A DNA stretch of 64,000 nt from Octopus vulgaris (GCA_951406725.2 OX597832.1:49662001-49726000), one strand, 5' to 3'. Shown: positions 42,556 to 57,604, counted from the stretch's first letter. Notes: a model not told the origin generated them from the sequence alone. Numbers and translations are program-made.

Positions 42556-42952
42556 TGGGTAGTAACTCAGCAGTTCGGCAAACACAGTTCGATAAAACGA
42601 GTACTATACTTTAAAAAACAAATAATAAAACAGATAAAATCCTGAGTTTGATATGTGTCGAAAACCTTGGGAGTGAAGCTCCAGTATGGCCGCAGCTGAG
42701 TGACCGGAACCAGATAGAATAATAACCAACAAAGGTGTTATATACAGATATATTTAATAACAAAATATTGTATAAAATACACATGCAGAAATGAGTCCGA
42801 ATCATATTTAGTTTTGCTGTGAAGTTAGACAACACGGTCAGACATCAGAGCTGTTTTGCTAGTTGAGATAATTAAAAATAGCTCGCTTAAATTTGTGAAT
42901 TTATTCGTTATAATAATCCAACATGGAAATATCCTTTGTTTTTTTTTTTGTT

Positions 42953-42983
<31 letters not shown>

Positions 42984-43134
42984 AAGAAAACGTTTTGTTA
43001 TCGGACGAAATAAAAAAAAAATCGTGTTATAGAAAGATGAATGGATCAATGGACGGTCGGGTGATTGGCTGGATGGAGGGAATAAATAATTCCAATGATC
43101 TGGTCTTCCGTGACACATTACCAAAAATTGCCTT

Positions 43135-43207
<73 letters not shown>

Positions 43208-43218
43208 TCACATATATA

Positions 43219-43251
<33 letters not shown>

Positions 43252-43337
43252 GTAAACGTTAAAAAAAAAACACAAACTGGGACAAGAACGTGAAACATTT
43301 TGAAGACGACAAAAAAACAACACAGACGGGACTTTCG

Positions 43338-43443
<106 letters not shown>

Positions 43444-43448
43444 TATAT

Positions 43449-43491
<43 letters not shown>

Positions 43492-44339
43492 ACATATTTA
43501 CACACACGCACACATACATATGCACACGCATATATAGACACACATAGATAGATAGATAGATAGATATGATGAGAGGAAGAAGATTAAAAAGAAGACGAGA
43601 TAAATTCACAATAAAAATTATTAGTCTAATTCGCAGAGAAAGAGTTATGACGCGGGGGTGAAGAGCGAGAAGGAAAGATGGGGGAAGATTTTTTAAATTA
43701 AAGGATAATTTGTGGTAGATATGCTAACGTGAAACTTGTCGCTTTAGTGGCCATTGACTGACCAGAAGTAGGAGGTAGCCGAGTTTGGTGCTCAGAGAAA
43801 AAATAGCGGATTCAAAATAGGATACGTGTACGTACTTTTGCATTTTTCGTGTGTTTAAGTGTGCGTTTATACATGTCTGTTATTTTAGGATATGGAGTAA
43901 GGTATTTTGTGTTGCGTGTATGTGTGTGCGCACGAAAACAAATGCGTCATATTATGTTGTGGGAGTGTGTCTGTGTCTGTGTGTGTGTGTGTAGTTGTAC
44001 GTTCATGTATGATATATATATATGTTGCTTGACTACATGTGTTCGTTAGATAATCGCATGTGTGCGCGTGCGCATGGGCATGTGTGTATTAACTGTATTG
44101 TTGCTTTGTGGAGTGCGGATGTTAAAGTGTGTATGTAGGTATGTGTGAATGTAAGTTCGTGAGGTCATGTTTGAATATTTTGTTGCGCGTGCGAAATTTT
44201 AGCATGTATGTGTATATATGTGGTGTGTAGGAGCGGAGAATGCTGGAGGATATGCTAAGGTACATGTATATTTTGTTGTGTGTATATGTAATATGAAAGT
44301 GTTGCGTAAATAAGTGTGTATGCAGAGTGTGTGTTATGT

Positions 44340-45070
44340 TAGTAAGTGTGAGTCGGAGATGTCAGAGGAAATTAGACGGTGAATTGAGGATGAATGGAGC
44401 GTTGGTTTAGGAAGAAAATAAATCACTGCTCCCAGCAAAGCCTGGAGTTTGCAGACCATACTCGATGTGTAAAGCCATGATAAACATGGAAAGATAGAGT
44501 GTTGAGTGGTCTGCAAAGCGGAAAATGACAGAGACAAATGTCTGGTTGCTAAGCTAGATGTCGTGAAGATGATCCCTGAATCAGTCAGCCAGTTTGGCCA
44601 ATATATAAGTTACTGCAAAGAAAGCATTTGAGGTAATAGATATAATACTTGAGATAGCGGTACAGGCTGAATGAATCAGAAATATGGCAGTGGTGTTGGT
44701 AGGGAACGGATAGGTGTTACAACGAATCAAGAAGAAGGAGTGGGGCATGAACGGAGGAGGATGAACCGCATAAATTGCAAGAACGCTTGAATTAGGGAAG
44801 GAGTGGGTTAGGGAAAAGGTGAAAGTCGTACCATCAAACTGGAGGAGGTAGAATGCGTGTAAGGGATCTTGAAACAGGCCGACTGAGTTGAAGAATGGTG
44901 AAAAGAAAAGGGTAGCAGCTGGGAATGGAGCGTGCGTGGGTAGAGAGCCGGGCGCGAGTGAGGGTGGCTTGGACAAGAGGGGGAGTTTTTCCACATCTAG
45001 TGAAGAGACAGATCATGTAGTGTGTGTGACTGGGTCTCAAAATTGTGGTCACATTCACATAGATGGCGAA
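44340..45070 (-). mobile_element. Degenerate Penelope-like element C-terminus (GIY-YIG endonuclease)
   Basis: Frameshifted translation RCNT.PF...YYLKCFLCSNLYIGQTG*...FRDHLHDI; abuts a long (TA)n array. Confidence 0.8.
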
Positions 45071-45071
45071 A

Positions 45072-46237
<1,166 letters not shown>

Positions 46238-46880
46238 CATACCAGGGCGTCCATCAATTACCTTTACAATTTGAAAAATTCAAAAAAAAGAAGTGATAAG
46301 GGCAACTCATTGGGGTGCATGCAACCAAGGAGCTCACGCGGAAGTGTTCTGATGTTTCTAATAAAACTATTTGCTTGCCTTTGTTATCCAATAAACTCTG
46401 CTGAAATTATCCTGTTTTTGTTTTGTTTTTCGTTTGTTTTTTGTTTTTGTTTTTCACTGAATTTCTCAAATTGTAAAGGTAATTTATGGACAGCCTATAT
46501 ATCTGTGTGGGGGAGAATGGGGGATTTCCGTTTTGAATAGCATTTGTATTCCAGCGCAAAGTTAACAAAATCTAAAGTAGTTTGAAACAGCTGTAGAGAC
46601 GGCAAGAAAGCAATAAGCCCTAAACACACACACACAAACACGCACACACATAAATATACATACACGTGCACACAGGCATTTATCAACATCTACCATACAT
46701 GCAAATACACAAATACAAATACATGTGCACACACACATTCAGAATTGTTGTCACAGATCTAAGATTATCATTTAATTCGTCAGCAAATTGGTAGTATATG
46801 ATTCCTGGAGACAATGCGAATATATCTTGGAATTTCTGAAGTATTGAAGTATTGATTACCTGTAAAAAATAAATTAATTA

Positions 46881-46974
<94 letters not shown>

Positions 46975-46976
<2 letters not shown>

Positions 46977-47390
46977 TGAGATAGAGAATAAGAAGCCGAA
47001 TATAGTATTAATTGAGAAAGGAAAACTATGCTGGATCATAGATATAGCATTCCCAGCTAACAACAAAGTATGCGATAAGGAAGAAAGAAAAGTCGAAAGA
47101 TATGAGAGGTTAGCTTGGGAAGTTAAGCAGTTGTGGTTGATGAAAAAGGTAGCAGTAGTACCAATAATTGTCGGAGCCCTGAGAACAGTAAGCAAAAATC
47201 TCAAGAAGTATGTGGAACAAATAGGGGCCGCAATAAGGGTGGAGCATTTGCAGAAAACAGCACTGCTTGGAATTGCTCGAATACTCTGGAAGGTCCTCGA
47301 AAAATAAGGGGTGTTACCTTAGTTCCCTGGTAGTGAACAGCTGACACTGTAATACATTTCCAGCGTTAAAAGCTGTGCAAAGGCAATAAT
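46975..47390 (+). mobile_element. Second R4/Dong-like family 3' fragment inserted in (TAA)n
   Basis: IENKKPNIVLI...CWIIDIAFPAN..V.DKEERKVERYERLAWEVKQLW...VVPIIVGAL...LQKTALLGIARIL; TAA repeats on both sides. Confidence 0.88.
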
Positions 47391-47974
47391 ACTAATAATC
47401 ATCATTATTATTATCATTATTATTTACAAGTTAATTCGACCCAACCTGATGTCTATAATTTAAGTACCTGATTCAAATGAACCCTTAATATTGTGTGTGT
47501 GTGTGTGTGTGTATACTAACAAACGCACCAGTCCTTGGACATTTTAAGTTGCTTTGGTGGTATTTTTTTTCACCAAATAATTGAACTACCGAGAAGGTTT
47601 ATGAGTAGCTTAAGAAGGTTTATGAGTAGCACGGCGATCTATGTTTCCGATTAACCTAGGAACAGAAAACCAAATTGAAGGCTGGTTATTTTGGAGGTCG
47701 TTGCACTTTAATGATCATTTTCGTCCAGCTTTACGTTCTGAGTTCAAATTCCGCCGGGGTCGACTCCGCCTTTCATCCTGTTTCAGGGTCACTAAAATAA
47801 GTAGCAGTTGAGGACTAGGGGGTCAATGTAACCAACTTACCTCTTCCACCGAAATTTCTGGCCTTGTGCCAAAACTTTGAAACCGTTTCGTATTTGAAGA
47901 ATTGAAACCAGCAAAAAGAAAATAATAATAAAACGAAATAAAATACAACAAAAAACAAAATAAAGTAGTTACCA

Positions 47975-48118
47975 TCAATATTTTCTCAGCAGATCGATCA
48001 TCTGTTTGTACATGGTGTCCCATCCATCTACTGCCCAGACGAACTCCAGATGTGCCCACTTTGGGATGACCACGTGTGTCACTTTGGTCTTCAGCTTCTT
48101 TACCAATAGGGCGACGTC
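47975..48118 (-). CDS. Acid lipase terminal coding exon with catalytic His ([10 protein letters not shown]...[29 protein letters not shown])
   Basis: tttggttgcag acceptor, 144 nt ending in TGA. Confidence 0.96.
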   Translation of the reverse strand, partial: DVALLVKKLKTKVTHVVIPKWAHLEFVWAVDGWDTMYKQMIDLLRKY

Positions 48119-48281
48119 CTGCAACCAAAAAGACGGCACAAGTGAGATCAATTGAAAAGGTTATATGTTAGTCGAGTTGAGGAACTTAGGGGGAGAAAAA
48201 CGGGTCTCTCTAATTCACTGCCAATCAGTAGTAGTAGTGGTGGTGGTGGTGGTGGTGGTGGTGGTGGTGGTGGTGGTAGTG

Positions 48282-48340
<59 letters not shown>

Positions 48341-49368
48341 GGTAGTGGTGGTGGTGGTGGTGGTGGTGGTGGTGGTGGTGGGTGGTGGTGGTGGTGGTGG
48401 TGGTGGTGGTGGAAATGGCGCTTTTCCAGGTAGTAAAAATGGAATTAGGTATTGAAGGGAAAAAAGCAAAACGAAAGATGACAAGAGGAAGACGAGGACG
48501 AGGAGGAGAGGAAGAAGAAGAAAAAGAAGAAGAAAAAGAAGAAGAAGAAGAAGAAGAAGAAAGGTGGTGGAGGAGGAGGAGGAGGAAGAGGAGATGAGGC
48601 GAAAGAGGAGGAGGGGAGGAGCGAAGAAGAAGAAGAAGAAGAAGAAGAAGTGGTGCCAAACCTTAGGGTCAGCCAGGTTATCACGTCCACCAGAATATAG
48701 AGCCACAGGAATCTTCAATTTACTGACGTTATAGGCCGGAGGTGTCGGCTGCCAAGAGAGAGAAAATTAATATAGAAAGAAAAACGATGGGGTTTAATAC
48801 ATTTATATTTTTATAATATTTCGTTTTTGGATTTGGTTTGCAAGATTCTTTATATGAGTTCGTGTGTTGAAACATATTCTGTTGTGTCTGGGGAGAGTCA
48901 TTTTCTTTTTGTGCCTTATGATTTAACACACTCACAGGTAAAATTTTTATAATAATTTCATGTTTAAGGCGGCGAGTCGGCAAAATTGTTAGATGCCGGG
49001 CAGAATCGTTAGCGGCATTCTGAGTTAAAATTCCACAGAAAATGACTTTGCTTTTCAATCCTTTCAGGTTCGATAAAATAAGTATGTGTGTGTGTGTGTG
49101 TTAATGTGTGTGTATATGTTTGTGTGTCTGCAACCATGCTGGAGCACCGCCTTTTTAGTCGAGCAAATTGACCCCAGGACTTATTCTTTGTAAGCCCAGT
49201 ACTTATTCTATTGGTCTCTTTTACTGAACCACTAAGTTACGGGGACTTAAACACACCAGCATTGGCTGTCAAGCCTCGGGCCAACCAAAGCCTTGTGAGT
49301 GGATTCGGTAGACAGAAACTGAAAGAAGCCCATCGTATATGTGTGTGTATATATATATATATATATAA

Positions 49369-49421
<53 letters not shown>

Positions 49422-50898
49422 TTTATATGTTTGTGTGTCTGTGTTTGTCCCCCCCCCCAGCATCGCTTGACAGCCGATGCTGGTGTGTTTACGTCCCCGT
49501 AACTTAGCAGTTCGGCAAAAGAGACTGCTAGAATAAGTACTAGGCTTCCAAAGAATAAGTCCTGGGGTCGATTTGCTCGACTACAGGTGGTGCTCTAGCA
49601 TGGCCGCACTCAAATGACTGAAACAAGTCAAAGAGCAAAAGAGTATACACGTTAAACTACGGAATATTTCTGAGAGAAGAAATCGTGCAAGGGAGATAAT
49701 AACGGACACCGCTAAATATTTAACGACTTAAATATTTAGTTCCTAAAACTATTTAACTACTTCAATAGTAAACTCTAATGTGAAACTCTCTCCACATATT
49801 TGATATAAGGTAAAAAAAAAGAGAAAGCCATCCGAATTTGGGAGCGAAAAAGGCATTTTGTAAATTCATTAAATCCTTTAAACTTTTATTTAGCGTATTC
49901 GTGAAACGTTGTTAAATATGACGAGTTACTTCCCCTGGACCATATCCCTGCTCACCGCTTATCGGAGATGGTTACCCGCAAGTGCGGGCTACGTGAGTCA
50001 GAACATCTCCCAAGCCATGGGGCGGTCTTATTCTTTTATTCTTTTACTAGCTTCAGTCATTTGACTGCGGCCATGCTGGAGCACCGCCTTGAAGGGTTTT
50101 TAGTCAAATGAATTGACCCCAGGACCTTTTTTTAAACCTAGTATTTATTCTATCGATATCTTTTGCCAAACCGCTAAGTTACATGGACATAAACGCGCCA
50201 ACACCGGTTTCAGGTGGCCTCTCACACACACGCACACACACACACATACATATATATATATGTAACCCTAGGAGCCGTGGTTGACAACCGCTGGTCTAAC
50301 AACTCTGCCAACTGACCATCTTACAAATTTATAAAAGAGAATTAATGTGATTGCATGACATGCATGCATTTCCCAAAGATAAATGGCTCCAATTAAAAAT
50401 AAACTGTTCCAAAGTAACATCTTAATCTAGGGACATTTAACCTCAAGTTCACAAGGGAAGGAATAAGATTTTGAGACAAACGTACTTTTTCCAGAGCAAA
50501 TATGAAGTGTAAAAGGACTGAAATATTTGAAGCAACTAGAAAGGTAACTTATTAAAATAACCATTTTTTCATTTGGTCAGATTAACAGGAATTTATGAGA
50601 GAATAACACTTTGTAATAGACTTGTTTTTCTCGGGAGTTTTAGCAAGTCAGCTAACGTAGACTGACTTCCTTTTAATAAGAATACATTACTCTTTTACTT
50701 GTTTCAGTCATTTGACTGCGGCCATGCTGGAGCACCGCCTTTACTCGAGCAACTCGACCCCGGGACTTATTCTTTTGTAAGCCCAGTACTTATTCTATCG
50801 GTCTCTTGCCGAACTGCTAGGTAACGGGGACATAAACACACCAGCATCAGTTGTCAAGCAATGCTAGGTGAACAAACACAGACACACAAATACACACA

Positions 50899-50962
<64 letters not shown>

Positions 50963-53500
50963 TACGACGGGCTTCTTTTCGGCTTCCGTCTACCAAATCT
51001 ACTCACAAGGCTTTGGTCGGCCCGAGGCTATAGTAGAAGACACTTGTAGTTGTTTTTTTTTTTTATTTTAGTTTATATTCTTTAAAAACTTACGTGTCCA
51101 TAGTGTAAGAGGTTTTCTGCTTGGGTACCGTAATCGTATTTTTTGCAATCCTTTGAACGAACCAACTGAAATTTTAGAAAGAGTAAAATATACAAAATAG
51201 ACAAATTTTAAAATACATTTGGATCATAAGACAGAAGAGAAGCTTATTATGATTATTTATTTTAAAGTTTGAGGCTGGGTTGTAATATGTAATTTTTATA
51301 ATTTTTTAAATCGAAGTCAGATGTAGAGGATTCGTTGGACACAGTGTGAGACAACTGTTGTTATCGCTAGGCCTAACTCATCATAAAGTCAATACCACCA
51401 TGACTGATATCCAATCTACAGTGGAGAAGGCTAGCCACTGGATTTGGTTAAAAAGAGACGATGAGCGATGGCTAGAAGAATATTGAGTTTTATTTGATAA
51501 CCAGCTGATCTAGCAAGCGGGGCCTCATATCAGTGAGGGGGGCCGGTGCGCATTGATGCCGTCGAGAGGTAGGCCCCGAAACGGCACGCATTCTCTCCTG
51601 ATGACCCCATACACTAGCTAGCTTCCGGTATACGGAGCTTTTGACTGGTAGCACTTGCATGTGCAAGTTGTTTGCAAGACATCTAAAGTGGCGAGCTGGC
51701 AGAATCGTTAGCACACCGTCTACTGGACGCGGGGCATTTTGCTTGTATAGATATATTAGTCAACAAAGAAAATTGACTGCCCTCTTTGTAATATATTATG
51801 TATATTTGGGGGATGTCCATCATTCTGTACGAGTTGCTTTCATTTTGATTTGAAAATGATATTTTTTATTGAATATTTTGTCTTCCTTAGAAACTTGGAA
51901 ACGGACCTAAATTCTTTTGCTATTAAATTTCCGCAGAAATTCAATGCTTTCATTTCTAATTATTTTTGATAACATTGAAGGATTTAGTGAAATAACTTTG
52001 TCAATATTCCAAACTATATGCTTGGAATATATACATTAACATGAAACTGGAATCACCTTATTTTAATATAATATAATATAATGAAATTATTGTATACAGT
52101 GCTCAGGTGCACCACAACTTGTCAGAAAGTGCGTATAAAGTGTATGCAGTAATGTACAAATGTTTGGAAAGCAAACAATGTATGAGTCAGATACATGCTT
52201 GTGTGTGTATGGAGGGGAGAAAATCAGGTGTAGTGTTGGCGACTCTCAGGAAGCATGGAAGTTTTGAAGGATGCAGTGCTCCGACAAGAAGTTTATATCT
52301 TAAAACCAGAAGCAGTCTCAGACAGGTAGGGTATCAAGAAAAGGGCTGAGAGAATATTTTTCAAAAACAAACAAAAGAAACGTTTTATAATGAAAGAAAA
52401 CATGAGAATAAGAGAATGCTAATGATAAAGATGTATTTTCAGGCACTGGACTAAAATTTCATTGTAACCTTACCTGAGCAAAATGGGCCATATTTTGGGT
52501 AGAGGTACCGGCAGGTGAATGCGTTAAATAAACTGGTATACGAGACTGTAAAAGAAAAGAATTAAGCATCATTAAGAGGATATACCATTTATATCATCAT
52601 CATCATCATCATCATCGTTTAACATCCGTTCTCCATGCTAGCATGGGTTGGACAGTTCGACCGGGGATCTGGGAAGCCAGAAGGCTGCACCAGGCTCTGG
52701 TCTTATCTGGCAAAGTTTCTACAGCTGGATGCCCTTCCTAACGCCAACCACTCCGTGAGTGTAGTGGGTGCTTTTTACGTGCCACCTGCACTGGTGCCAG
52801 GCGAGGCTGGCATCGGCCACGGTCGGATTGGTGCATTTTATGGAAGCCAGTCGAGGCGGCACTGGCTTCGGCTACGATTCGGATGGTGCTTTTTATGTGC
52901 GAATCGTAGCCGAAGCCAGTGCAGTGCATCATAATCATAATTTTGTCACTCGTTAGAGATATGCGCCCTGACCTTTGCACCCTTTCCCTGCTCCCATCGC
53001 TTTAATTTTTGCAATCTTTATTCCCTGATTTCCCTGTTCTTTCTCTGTCTCGTTATTCCTGTCAAGGCTTGGAAAGGAACAGTCTGTCTGTCTGTCCCTT
53101 CTTATTCCCCACCACCACCACCACCACCACCACCACCATCTACACTGAAATCTCTCCCCTGCCAGCCATACCAGAGAGATTTCTGGTTTTTTGCTTTTGC
53201 TCTTACTAGTCTGTATGAGAAAGTGATGGTTATGCTGTGTCTGTTTATGTCCCGTAACTTAACAGTTCAACAAATAGAGAACAATAAAAAGAGTACTCTT
53301 TTACTTGTTTCAGTCATTTGACTGCGGCCATGCTGGAGCACTGCCTTTAGTCGAGCAAATCGACCCCAGGACTTATTCTTTGTAAACCCAGTACTTATTC
53401 TATCGGTCTCTTTTGCCGAACCGCTAAGTGACGGGGACGTAAACACACCAGCATCGGTTGTCAAGCAATGCTAGGGGGACAAACACAGACACACAAACAC

Positions 53501-53531
<31 letters not shown>

Positions 53532-56094
53532 CATATATACGACAGGCTTCTTTCAGTTTCCGTCTACCAAATCCACTCACAAGGCATTGGTCGTCCCGGG
53601 GCTATAGCAGAAGACACTTGCCCAAGATGCCACGCAGTGAGACTGAACCCGCAACCATGTGGTTGGTTAGCAAGCTACTTACCACACAGCCACTCCTGCG
53701 CCTTATATATTTGTTGTGCAAGATTTTTTTATGTGAAGTCGTGTGTTGAAACAGATATTGTTATATTTCGGAATGGTCATTTTGCCAGTTTAGCCAATAA
53801 GAAAGAAGAAAACAAAGGACCACTGATGCGGTCACAGGAGTGTGACGAAAGAACTCTGGCCGAAATAAGATTAAGATTAATGTAAAAAATAAATAACACT
53901 GAAGCAAAATAACACCAAATATATAGTGCGTGTGTTTTTATTGGCTAAACTGGCAAAATGACCATTCCGAAATATAACAATAAAAAGAGTATCAAACAGG
54001 GAAAAAAAATGTACTAGGTACTAATATGACCAACAAAACTTTTGAAGCTGATGTCCATTTATGACCACAATGCCCGACTGTATACACGGGGCCAAGCGCT
54101 ACCATTATTTTTATCTAGAAATAAAGATATAAATCTTTAGGTAAATATATTCAATAAGAATATTATATACTGAATTTATATTGAGTGCTCCATTGTATAA
54201 AAATATTAATACTATTAAAGTATTTTTATATTTCGGAATGGTCATTTTGCCAGTTTAGCCAATAAAAACACACGCACTATATATTACAGGCATCCCCCAC
54301 ACACACACACACTAAATAAACATAGACGCACATAGAGATATAAGCATACGCAAATGAAGACATACAATAGAAATACAAAATGGCTGACATTTAGTAAAGA
54401 GAGACACAAATAAGAAAGAAGAAAACAAAGGACCACTGATGCGGTCACAGGAGTGTGACAAAAGAACTCTGGCCGAAATAAGATTAAGATTAATGTAAAA
54501 AATACATAACACTGAAGCAAAGTAACACCAAATATATAGTGCGTGTGTATTTTTATTGGCTAAACTGGCAAAATGACCATTCCTAAATACAACAATATCT
54601 GTTTCAACACACGTCTTCACATAAAAAATCTTGCACAACAAATATATAAACGTACTATTAAAGTATTTATATATTTAATATGAGCGATATATAGATATAT
54701 TTTTTAATAATATACTATTATTATTAATGAAGAAAATCAATATCCAAAATCATAATAACGATATATATCGTTATGATGATCATCATCATCATTTAACGTC
54801 CGTTCTCCATGCTAGCATGGGTTGGACGGTTCGACTGGGGGAATATTAATTTTCTTTATTAATAATAATAATATATTATTAAAAAATATATGTAGAAATA
54901 AAAATATAAATATAAGTTAGTTTTGCCTGAAGTCTCAAGACACATCATATCAGTTACGCAGTTCCCATGGTGCATAAGTAACCATGATCCTAATGAGAAA
55001 CTGGTCCATCACAGCAGAGTTACTCATTTACAGGTGAGAATGGACAGGTGTGACATGAGATGAGGCACCTTGCTCAAGATTGAAAAACCAGTAAAAGAAT
55101 GCAAGGTGAGAATACTTACCGAATTCATGTACTGATTATCAAAGTTTGCAACAATCCTAATGGCTTCTTTGCACAAAAAGTTGAGCCTTCGAGCTCTGCA
55201 AACTGTTTTGGCAACTGTTGAGATGATTAGGTTCTCAGGTAAGAAAGACTTCCTTCCAAATATATTGAATAATACCTGCAGGTAAAAATTAAACAATACA
55301 GAAAGGATTAGCTCATGTTTGATAGCTTGAGGATGAAGCAGAGTAAATTCACACATGCATGTACACACACACATGCACACACACATGCACACATATATAC
55401 ATGCATACATGCATGCATGCATATATGCACACATATATACATGCACACATATATACATGCACACATATATACATGTATACATGCACACATATATACATGC
55501 ACACATATATACATGCATACATATATACATGTATACATGCACACATATATACATGCACACATATATACATGTATACATGCACACATATATACATGCACAC
55601 ATATATACATATATACATGCACACATATATACATGCACATATATATACATGCACACATATATACATGTATACATATATACATGTATACATGCACACATAT
55701 ATACATGCACACATATATACATGCACACATATATACATGCACACATATATACATGTATACATGCACACATATATACATGCACACATATATACATGCACAC
55801 ATATATACATGTATACATGCACACATATATACATGCATGTGCATATTCACATGCATATGCATGTACACACATGTATGCACACACATTCATGAATGCATGT
55901 GCACATGCCTGCTCACTCACACATGTGTGCATGCACACATGCACATACACATGCACACACATACGTACATGCACACACACACACACACACATATGTGCAT
56001 GCACATACACATACATGCACGAATGCATGTGCACATGCACATATACATACACATCTGCACACGTCTGCACACGCACGTGTGCATGCACATACAT

Positions 56095-56137
<43 letters not shown>

Positions 56138-57539
56138 TGCACACACACAAAGCACATACTGTGTGGGAAATTTAATTATCTTACCTTGTCATCAATTATT
56201 GTAGCAAATCTGACACTGCTGGTAATATGCCCGACTGTATACACGGGTCCAAGCGCTACCATTAATTTTATCTACAAGTAAAAATATAAATATAAGTTAG
56301 TTTTGTCTTCTACTATAGCCTTCGGCCGACCAAAGCCTTGTGAGTGGATCTGGTAGACAGAAACTGAAAGAAGCCCGTCTATATATGTATATGTGTATAT
56401 ATGTGTGTGTGTGTTTGTGTGTCTATGTTTGTCCCCACCAGCATTGCTTGACAACCGATGCTGTTGTGTTTACGTCCCCGTAACTTAGCGGTTCGGCAAA
56501 AGAGACCGATAGAATAAGTACTAGGCTTACAAAGAATAAGTCCTGGGGTCGATTTGCTCGACCAAAGGCGGTGCTCCAGCATGGCCGCAGTCAAATGACT
56601 GAAACAAGTAAAAGAAATTATTTTCATCTGAAAACAATTCAAAATGTGACCTCGTGTGTACCGTTGGCGATTTTTTTTCCTCCATCTTCCCTTCTCTGGA
56701 TCTTTCCTTCTCCTATGTTTCCGACGAAGAGTTCCGCTCGAAACGTTAAACCTTCCTTCTTTCCTTCTTTCCTGAGCGTCCAATAATACTTTATTTGTTC
56801 CACGTCCTCGCGTTGTTGTGTTTTTTGTGCTTTCTTGTTTGGATTAACTATATATATATATATATGTGTGTGCGTGCGTGTAAGTATATTTCAGTGTGTG
56901 TGTGTGGGTGTGTAGATAGATAGATACAATGATGATGATGATGTAAAAAGATTAGTTAAGTGATTGTGGTGAAATGCTGTCTGTTAGTCTCTAGCATAGA
57001 TACAGCTTGTGTCACTCAGTTTTTGCATTCTTTTCTGCAACAAATTATTTTCAACTGAAAAACAAGCCACATCTAGCAGATGTGGAAACACACCAGACAT
57101 GTTACAGGACATTTCTAAATTCATGATGTTACGTAAGACAGCCATGCCTGCACCTGTGTGGTTATTTGAGTTTTCGGAACTGAACTTAAGAAAACAGCAC
57201 AGCTCCCATGACTTCAGGAAACATTTTTTCACGCTGAGAGACTTTCTGACAAGTTGTGGTGCACCTGAGCACTGTATACAATAATTTCATTATTATTATA
57301 AGAAACATTCCAGAATACAAACCTTCTTGGCCAATGTTTGATTCTCAGAGAAAGCTAAAAAGCCTATAAGTGATCCTTGTGAATGCGCCACATAATACAG
57401 CTTCTCCTGGCCTGTTACGTTGGTAACATAGTCCAAAGATGCTGGTAAGTCAAATGCAGCCATATGGTCAAAACTGGAGGAGAAAAAGAAAAAAAAAACA
57501 CAAGCAAAGGTAAATAAATAAATAAAAATAGATAAATAA

Positions 57540-57604
<65 letters not shown>

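Larger units (their letters stand above)
53705..54648. mobile_element. Two fold-back copies of a Penelope pLTR-like repeat (53705-53982 and 54226-54648)
   Basis: Each has tatttcggaatggtcattttgccagtttagccaataa plus its reverse complement, and a shared core with a hammerhead-like motif. Confidence 0.7.

Noticed and set aside
52093-57278. Inverted tatacagtgctcaggtgcaccacaacttgtcagaaagt ends flanking three lipase exons, as a composite transposon
   Set aside because: The enclosed exons are collinear parts of the intact gene; two independent transposon-end fragments is the simpler explanation.
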